A stretch of 13,954 bases of DNA, taken from positions 1 through 13,954 of the forward strand of contig JBHGBC010000161.1 of assembly GCA_041946805.1 (NCBI GenBank), read 5' to 3'. The notes below the pieces were generated by a model. It made no database searches, was not told the DNA's origin, and saw only the letters and a list, made by a program, of their open reading frames with translations. The DNA is from a bacterium. GTDB lineage: Bacteria; Hinthialibacterota; Hinthialibacteria; Hinthialibacterales; Hinthialibacteraceae. This document shows, piece after piece, positions 8,856-13,954 of this stretch. The position numbers and the translations under genes are program-made. Each line of letters starts with the position of its first letter. Position 1 is the first letter of the stretch.

Positions 8856-9305
8856 ATGCAGATCAGCGAACTGAACATACCTGGCAAAAAGAAACGCAAA
8901 CGCCTCGGCCGCGGGCCCGGCTCGGGCCACGGCAAAACCGCCGGCCGCGGCACCAAGGGCCACAAGGCCCGTTCCGGCTTCAAGCGCAAGCACGCCTTCG
9001 AGGGCGGCCAAATGCCGCTCCAGCGCCGGATTCCCAAACGCGGCTTCCGCCCCCTGGACAAGACCGTGTACCAGCTCGTCAATGTCCAGAACCTGGAACG
9101 CTTCACGGAGGGGCAAACCGTGGACGCCTCCGCCCTCAAGGCCGGCGGCCTCATCCAGAGCCTGAAGCGCCCCGTCAAGATTCTCGGATCCGGTTCGCTC
9201 TCCAAAAGACTGACGGTGCGCGCCGACCGCTTCAGCCAATCCGCCCGCGACAAGATCGTCCAGGCGGGCGGACAAGCCGTTACGCCGGACGCCCCGGCGG
9301 CTTGA
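8856..9305 (+). CDS. rplO: 50S ribosomal protein uL15
   Basis: Motifs KRLGRGPGSGHGKTAGRGTKG, FEGGQMPLQRRIPKRGF, VKILG.G and FS.SA..KI..AGG. Confidence 0.99.
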   Translation: MQISELNIPGKKKRKRLGRGPGSGHGKTAGRGTKGHKARSGFKRKHAFEGGQMPLQRRIPKRGFRPLDKTVYQLVNVQNLERFTEGQTVDASALKAGGLIQSLKRPVKILGSGSLSKRLTVRADRFSQSARDKIVQAGGQAVTPDAPAA

Positions 9306-9365
9306 CGGCCCGGCGGCCCTGTGTTTTCCGGTCGACCATGCCCGGCAAAGGAAAGTTGACGCACC

Positions 9366-10724
9366 ATGATTGACGCCGTAACCAATATGTTCCGTATCCC
9401 CGATCTCCGGAGACGCATCGTCTTCACTCTGGGCATTCTGGCGGCTCTCCAGATCGGACAATACATCCCCGTTCCGGGAGTCAACCCGTCCCTTATCCAC
9501 TTCGGCATGCAGGACAGCGGTCTCTTCAACCTCGTCGACCTGTTCGCCGGCGGAGCCTTCAGCCAATGCTCCATCTTCGCCCTGGGCATCATGCCCTACA
9601 TCAGCGCCTCGATCATTCTCCAACTGCTGACCGTCACCTCCCCCTTCCTGGAAGAACTCTCCAAAAAGGGCGAGGAAGGGCGTAAGAAAATCAACCAGTA
9701 CACCCGCTACTTGACGGTGGCCATCACCGCCTTCCAGTCCTTCATGATCTCCTTCTCCATCGAGAACTCCGCGATGTGGGGCGCCAACATCGTCTACACC
9801 CCCGGCTGGTCGTTCCGCATCCTGTGCACCTTCGCCATGACCACCGGCGTCATGATCATCATGTGGATGGGCGAACTCATCACCGAGCGCGGCATCGGCA
9901 ACGGCATCTCCCTGATCATCTTCGCCAATATCGTGGCCCGCATCCCCGACGTCACCGCCCGCGCCTTCGAACTCCTGCGCATGGAGGAACCGACCTTCAC
10001 CCCCCTCAAGGCCCTGGCTACCTTCATCATGCTGGTCATCGTCATCGCCGGGGTCGTTTATATCCAATACGGGCAACGGCGCGTGCCCATCAAACGGGGG
10101 CGCATGGTCCGCGGCGGCCGCATGTACGGCGCGCAAAGCAATTCCTATCTCCCCATCCGCGTCAACACCGCCGGCGTGATTCCCGTCATCTTCGCGGCGT
10201 CCATCCTCATGGTCCCCGCCACGTTTCTCCAGTTCCTCACGCCCCTGGCCTACAACGAAAACTTCGGCTGGCTCTACGACGGCTTCGAAACCATCTCGCG
10301 TTACCTCCAACACGGCGGCGTGTTCTACACGATCCTCTACGTCGCCCTGATCATCTTCTTCTGCTATTTCTACACCGCCATCACCTTCAATCCGAAGGAC
10401 GTGGCCGAAAATCTCCAGAAATACGGCTCCACCATTCCCGGATACAGCCACGGCAAACGCACCGAGGAATACCTCACCCGCATCCTCAACCGCATCACCC
10501 TGGCGGGCGGCATCTTCCTCGCCCTGGTGGCCATCATCCCCGATCTGCTGACCGTCTATCTCGGCATCGACCGCAGCATCACCCGGCTCTTGGGCGGCAC
10601 CTCCATCATCATTATCGTCGGCGTCGCCCTCGACACCGTCAACCAGATCGAAAACCACCTGCGCGTCCGCAACTACGAAGGCTTCCGCCGCCGGGGACGG
10701 ATCCGCAGCCGCTCGGGCATGTAA
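9366..10724 (+). CDS. secY: Preprotein translocase subunit SecY
   Basis: Motifs DLRRRIVFTL, IPVPGV, SIFALGIMPYISASII, WMGELITERGIGNGISLIIF, AGVIPVIFA and GGTSIIIIVGV. Multiple hydrophobic segments; 452 aa. Confidence 0.99.
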   Translation: MIDAVTNMFRIPDLRRRIVFTLGILAALQIGQYIPVPGVNPSLIHFGMQDSGLFNLVDLFAGGAFSQCSIFALGIMPYISASIILQLLTVTSPFLEELSKKGEEGRKKINQYTRYLTVAITAFQSFMISFSIENSAMWGANIVYTPGWSFRILCTFAMTTGVMIIMWMGELITERGIGNGISLIIFANIVARIPDVTARAFELLRMEEPTFTPLKALATFIMLVIVIAGVVYIQYGQRRVPIKRGRMVRGGRMYGAQSNSYLPIRVNTAGVIPVIFAASILMVPATFLQFLTPLAYNENFGWLYDGFETISRYLQHGGVFYTILYVALIIFFCYFYTAITFNPKDVAENLQKYGSTIPGYSHGKRTEEYLTRILNRITLAGGIFLALVAIIPDLLTVYLGIDRSITRLLGGTSIIIIVGVALDTVNQIENHLRVRNYEGFRRRGRIRSRSGM

Positions 10725-10745
10725 GCGGGGAAGGAATTCTGGACA

Positions 10746-10774
10746 TTGGTTTTTTCAAAAGGAGTGGATATAAT
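10746..10774 (+). promoter_or_regulatory. Putative internal sigma70-type promoter upstream of map
   Basis: TTGGTT (10746-10751), a 17-nt spacer, then a perfect TATAAT (10769-10774), in an AT-rich patch within otherwise GC-rich DNA. Confidence 0.55.
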
Positions 10775-10783
10775 GAACCATTC

Positions 10784-10813
10784 GGGCCGGCGGCCCCGTG
10801 CGGCCGGCCCTTT
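10784..10813 (+). terminator. GC-rich hairpin with a short U tail (weak terminator, attenuator or 5' stabiliser)
   Basis: GGGCCGGC (10784-10791) pairs with GCCGGCCC (10803-10810) and is followed by TTTAAA. The U-tract is only 3 nt. Confidence 0.35.
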
Positions 10814-10869
10814 AAATCGAGTCATCGATTGATGCCAGACCCGGGAAACGCCTCGCGAACCAGGACCTG

Positions 10870-11706
10870 ATGATTACGCTGAAATCGCCGCAGGAAATTC
10901 AACGCCTCCAAGAAAGCGCGGATCTGGTTTCGGAGGTCCAAAACCGCATGCAAGCCATCGCGGAACCCGGACTGCCGACCCTGGAACTGGACCGCCTGGC
11001 CGAATCCCTGATCCGCGGATTCGGAGCGGAACCGGTCTTCAAGGGTTACCGCGGCTTTCCGTTCTCGGTCTGCGTGTCCATCAACGAACAGGTCGTTCAC
11101 GGATTTCCCTCCACCCGGAAACTGCGGGAAGGGGATGTTTTGAGTCTGGATGTCGGCGTGCGCTATCAAGGCTACGTAGGGGATTGCGCCCGCACCATCG
11201 CAATCGGCGCCGTCTCCCCCGAGGCCGGCCTCCTCATCCGCCGCGCCTACCTGGCCCTCCGGGAAGCATCCCGGGCCATGCAGGCCGGCCAACGCCTGGG
11301 GGATGTGTCACACACCGTCGAATCCGTCGCCCAGCACTTCGGCTACGGCGTCGTGCGGGACTTTGTCGGCCACGGGGTCGGCCGCGAGATGCACGAAGAT
11401 CCCCAGGTTCCCAACTTCGGCATTCCGGGAACCGGGCCGCGCCTGAAATACGGCCTCGTGATCTGCATCGAACCCATGTTCAACCTTGGAACTCATGAGG
11501 TCGAAGTGCTGACGGACCGGTGGACCGTGGTCACCAAGGACCGCCGGCTCTCCGTTCATGTGGAGGATATGGTCGCCCTGTTGCCGGACGGCCCCCAGGT
11601 CCTCACCTCCGCCGGCGGTTTCATCCTGCCCGACGAATCGGAGATCGAGGACGTGACCCGGTTGCTGGCTCAAAACCGGCCGAAGGCCCGGCCCCGCCGG
11701 ACTTGA
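10870..11706 (+). CDS. map: Type I methionine aminopeptidase
   Basis: Motifs [30 protein letters not shown], metal ligands in SLDVG...GDCART, GHGVG..MHEDP, IEPM and HVED; 278 aa. Confidence 0.98.
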   Translation: MITLKSPQEIQRLQESADLVSEVQNRMQAIAEPGLPTLELDRLAESLIRGFGAEPVFKGYRGFPFSVCVSINEQVVHGFPSTRKLREGDVLSLDVGVRYQGYVGDCARTIAIGAVSPEAGLLIRRAYLALREASRAMQAGQRLGDVSHTVESVAQHFGYGVVRDFVGHGVGREMHEDPQVPNFGIPGTGPRLKYGLVICIEPMFNLGTHEVEVLTDRWTVVTKDRRLSVHVEDMVALLPDGPQVLTSAGGFILPDESEIEDVTRLLAQNRPKARPRRT

Positions 11707-11720
11707 CAACCACTTATATT

Positions 11721-11939
11721 ATGGCCAAAAAAAACGTCATTGAGGTCAAAGGAAAAATCATCGAAACCCTGCCCAACGCGATGTTCCGCGTGGAACTCGA
11801 GAACGGGCACAAGGTCCTGGCCCATATCTCCGGAAAAATGCGCATGCACTACATCCGCATCCTCCCCGGCGACATGGTCACCGTCGAACTGTCCCCCTAC
11901 GATTTGACCCGGGGACGCATCACTTACCGCCAGGCCTGA
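11721..11939 (+). CDS. infA: Translation initiation factor IF-1
   Basis: [67 protein letters not shown]; 72 aa from ATG 11721. Confidence 0.99.
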   Translation: MAKKNVIEVKGKIIETLPNAMFRVELENGHKVLAHISGKMRMHYIRILPGDMVTVELSPYDLTRGRITYRQA

Positions 11940-12003
11940 TCCCCGCGGGAACCCCGTTCCCCCCGGATTCCAGGCCCGGCCCGTTACGCATGGGAGAAGA
12001 GTC

Positions 12004-12117
12004 ATGAAAGTCAAAGCCTCGGTCAAACCGATCTGCGAGCACTGCAAGGTCATCCGCCGCCGCGGTGTCGTCCGCGTGATCTGCAAAAACCCGCGCCACA
12101 AGCAGCGGCAAGGCTAA
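12004..12117 (+). CDS. rpmJ: 50S ribosomal protein bL36, zinc-ribbon (C+) form
   Basis: Not in the ORF track. Manual translation gives [37 protein letters not shown] (37 aa). GGGAG lies upstream. Confidence 0.98.
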   Translation: MKVKASVKPICEHCKVIRRRGVVRVICKNPRHKQRQG

Positions 12118-12141
12118 CCGATAAGAGAAGGAGAACGTAAC

Positions 12142-12513
12142 GTGGCTCGCATCGCAGGAGTCGATCTGCCCAGAGAAAAACGCGTGGTTATCGGCCTGAC
12201 GTACATTTACGGCATCGGCCGCTCCCTGTCCGAACGCATCCTCAAAAAGGCCAATGTCGGCGAAAGCACCCGGGTCCGGGACCTGACCGACGACGAAATC
12301 ACCCGGATCACCTCCATCATCCAGCATGAATGCGTGGTGGAAGGCGACCTCCGGCGCGAAATCAACATGAATATCAAGCGCCTCATGGACATCGGGTGCT
12401 ACCGCGGCCTGCGCCACCGCCGGGGATTGCCCGTCCGCGGCCAGCGCACCCGCACCAACGCGCGCACCCGCAAGGGGCCCCGCCGCACCATCGGCGTCAA
12501 ATCGAAAAAGTAA
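12142..12513 (+). CDS. rpsM: 30S ribosomal protein uS13
   Basis: GTG start with SD AAGGAG. Motifs [24 protein letters not shown] and [26 protein letters not shown]. Confidence 0.99.
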   Translation: MARIAGVDLPREKRVVIGLTYIYGIGRSLSERILKKANVGESTRVRDLTDDEITRITSIIQHECVVEGDLRREINMNIKRLMDIGCYRGLRHRRGLPVRGQRTRTNARTRKGPRRTIGVKSKK

Positions 12514-12561
12514 TCTCAGCACCTTCCCGCGCCGCGGGATCCAGAAAAAGGAGAATTCCCC

Positions 12562-12960
12562 ATGGCTCGATCAGCACGCGGAGCCGGTCGCAGCAAAAAG
12601 AAAGTCAAGAAGAACGTCCCCCGCGGGATCGTTCATATCCAGGCGACCTTCAACAACACCATCGTCACCATCACCGACATGGAAGGCAATACCATCTCCT
12701 GGGCCACTGCCGGCAACACCGGCTTCAAGGGTTCCCGCAAAAGCACCCCCTACGCCGCCCAGGTGACCGCCCAGGAAGCCGCCAACCGCGCCAAGGAACA
12801 CGGATTGAACGAAGTGGAAGTCCGCGTCAAAGGCCCCGGCTCGGGCCGCGAAGCCGCCATCCGCGCCCTGCAGATCGCCGGCCTGCGCATCAAGATCATC
12901 AAGGACTCCACCCCGATCCCCCACAACGGCTGCCGGCCTCCCCAGCGGCGGCGCGTGTGA
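12562..12960 (+). CDS. rpsK: 30S ribosomal protein uS11
   Basis: Motifs [36 protein letters not shown] and [14 protein letters not shown]. Confidence 0.99.
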   Translation: MARSARGAGRSKKKVKKNVPRGIVHIQATFNNTIVTITDMEGNTISWATAGNTGFKGSRKSTPYAAQVTAQEAANRAKEHGLNEVEVRVKGPGSGREAAIRALQIAGLRIKIIKDSTPIPHNGCRPPQRRRV

Positions 12961-13015
12961 CATCGAGTCTATGGCTGTACGGATTTTTCACGGATAAACC
13001 AAAGGAGGATTCACC

Positions 13016-13645
13016 GTGGCCCGATATCGTGGACCCGTCTGCAAACTCTGCCGCGCGGATGGGCTGAAACTCTTTCTCAAAGGCAAAAAGTGCCTCTCCG
13101 CCAAGTGCCCCATCAACAAGCGGAACTATCCCCCCGGCATGCACGGACAGCGCCGCGCCGGAAAACAATCCGATTACGCCGCCCAACTGCGCGAAAAACA
13201 AAAAGCCAAGCGCACCTACGGCGTTCTCGAACGCCAGTTCCGGCGCTACTACCAGGATGCCAGCCGCATGACCGGCATCACCGGCATCAACCTGTTTCAT
13301 CAGTTGGAACGGCGCCTCGACAATGTCATCTTCCGTCTGGGCTTCGCCGCCTCGCGCGCCCAGGCCCGGCAATTGGTCCGGCATAACCACGTGCTCGTCA
13401 ATGGGCGGAGAGTCAACATCCCGTCGTACCTCGTCCGCGTCGGCGAGCCGGTTCAGATCATCGAAGCCAGCCGCGCCATCCCTGTCCTTCAGGAATCCAT
13501 GAATCTGCGCAAGTCCATGGGCGGCTACGCCTGGCTGGAACGCAACGACGAGGATTGCTCCGGCCGGCTGCTCCGGCTTCCCAATATCGAAGAGGTCGCC
13601 GTCCCGGTCAAGGAACAACTGATTGTGGAATTGTATTCCAAGTAA
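13016..13645 (+). CDS. rpsD: 30S ribosomal protein uS4 (N-terminal 4-Cys form)
   Basis: GTG start with SD AAGGAGG. Motifs MARYRGPVCKLCR, PPGMHG, QLREKQK, LERRLDNV.FRLGFA and IVELYSK. Confidence 0.99.
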   Translation: MARYRGPVCKLCRADGLKLFLKGKKCLSAKCPINKRNYPPGMHGQRRAGKQSDYAAQLREKQKAKRTYGVLERQFRRYYQDASRMTGITGINLFHQLERRLDNVIFRLGFAASRAQARQLVRHNHVLVNGRRVNIPSYLVRVGEPVQIIEASRAIPVLQESMNLRKSMGGYAWLERNDEDCSGRLLRLPNIEEVAVPVKEQLIVELYSK

Positions 13646-13722
13646 TCCGGCATCCGCTTTGTCTCTCGGATGGGGGTCATGAACATCCCGGCGGCTTCCC
13701 GCTCCTTGGATCGGACTGGCAC

Positions 13723-13761
13723 CATTCCCGGGTCCCGCATTCCCGCGCTCCCGGGTTCCCA
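13723..13761. repeat. Degenerate tandem repeat, five units of about 8 nt (NNNTCCCG)
   Basis: CATTCCCG-GGTCCCG-CATTCCCG-CGCTCCCG-GGTTCCCA, with TCCC at 13726, 13733, 13741, 13749 and 13757. Confidence 0.65.
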
Positions 13762-13804
13762 TATCATGATCCGCCTCACAGCGGCAAAGGGGGAATAACA
13801 TCCC

Positions 13805-13954
13805 ATGAAGTTCAAATCCGTTATCATGCCCGGCCGCGTCCGCATCGACCAGGCCACCTATTCCGGCCGCTACGGCAAGTTCACTGTCGAACCGCTGGAG
13901 CGGGGCTTCGGAACCACCCTGGGCAACTCGCTCCGCCGCGTCCTCCTTTCGTCC
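13805..13954 (+). CDS. rpoA: RNA polymerase alpha subunit, N-terminal part (partial, runs off the window end)
   Basis: Manual translation gives [50 protein letters not shown], containing the hallmark [21 protein letters not shown]-like AAAGGGGGA upstream. Confidence 0.98.
   Translation, partial: MKFKSVIMPGRVRIDQATYSGRYGKFTVEPLERGFGTTLGNSLRRVLLSS

Noticed and set aside
8535..10658. 707-aa ORF on the minus strand opposite rpmD-rplO-secY
   Set aside because: A shadow ORF. The strong preference for C/G-ending codons on the sense strand removes antisense stops. It has no recognisable domain and fully overlaps essential genes.
9776..10870. 364-aa His/Arg/Pro-rich ORF on the + strand inside secY
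   Set aside because: An off-frame reading of ATC/GCC/GTC-rich secY codons. Only its last 12 codons, from ATG 10832, are considered separately as a mini-ORF.
11703..11720. Perfect TTGACA followed by TATATT upstream of infA
   Set aside because: The two boxes are only about 6 nt apart. At 17-nt spacing the sequence is CAAAAA inside infA, so it is not a credible sigma70 promoter.
12979..12995. ACGGAT direct repeat at 11-nt period in the rpsK-rpsD spacer
   Set aside because: Only two 6-nt copies and no associated promoter, which is too weak to call a regulator site.
1..13954. tRNA, rRNA, CRISPR array, IS element or prophage
   Set aside because: All spacers are 159 nt or shorter. I see no cloverleaf, repeat-spacer array, terminal inverted repeats or foreign genes.

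Overview
This window is the core ribosomal-protein super-operon (end of str, then S10, spc and alpha) of a GC-rich bacterium, with every gene on the + strand. The order is the 3' end of tuf, then rpsJ-rplC-rplD-rplW-rplB-rpsS-rplV-rpsC-rplP-rpmC-rpsQ-rplN-rplX-rplE-rpsN(Zn type)-rpsH-rplF-rplR-rpsE-rpmD-rplO-secY-map-infA-rpmJ-rpsM-rpsK-rpsD, then the 5' end of rpoA. It is housekeeping DNA, and I see no mobile element, CRISPR array or RNA gene. The points of interest are small. (1) There is no adk between secY and map. The 145-bp spacer instead holds a sigma70-like promoter, a GC hairpin, a palindrome, and two mini-ORFs chained by TGATG stop/start overlaps into map. (2) A long rpsD-rpoA spacer carries a periodic TCCCG array with a G-quadruplex/i-motif pattern. 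(3) uL24 is C-terminally short and sits next to an N-terminally extended uL5. (4) Functional loops in uL3, uL4 and uS5 are divergent. All regulatory interpretations are inference from reading the sequence by eye; no searches or folding calculations were run.
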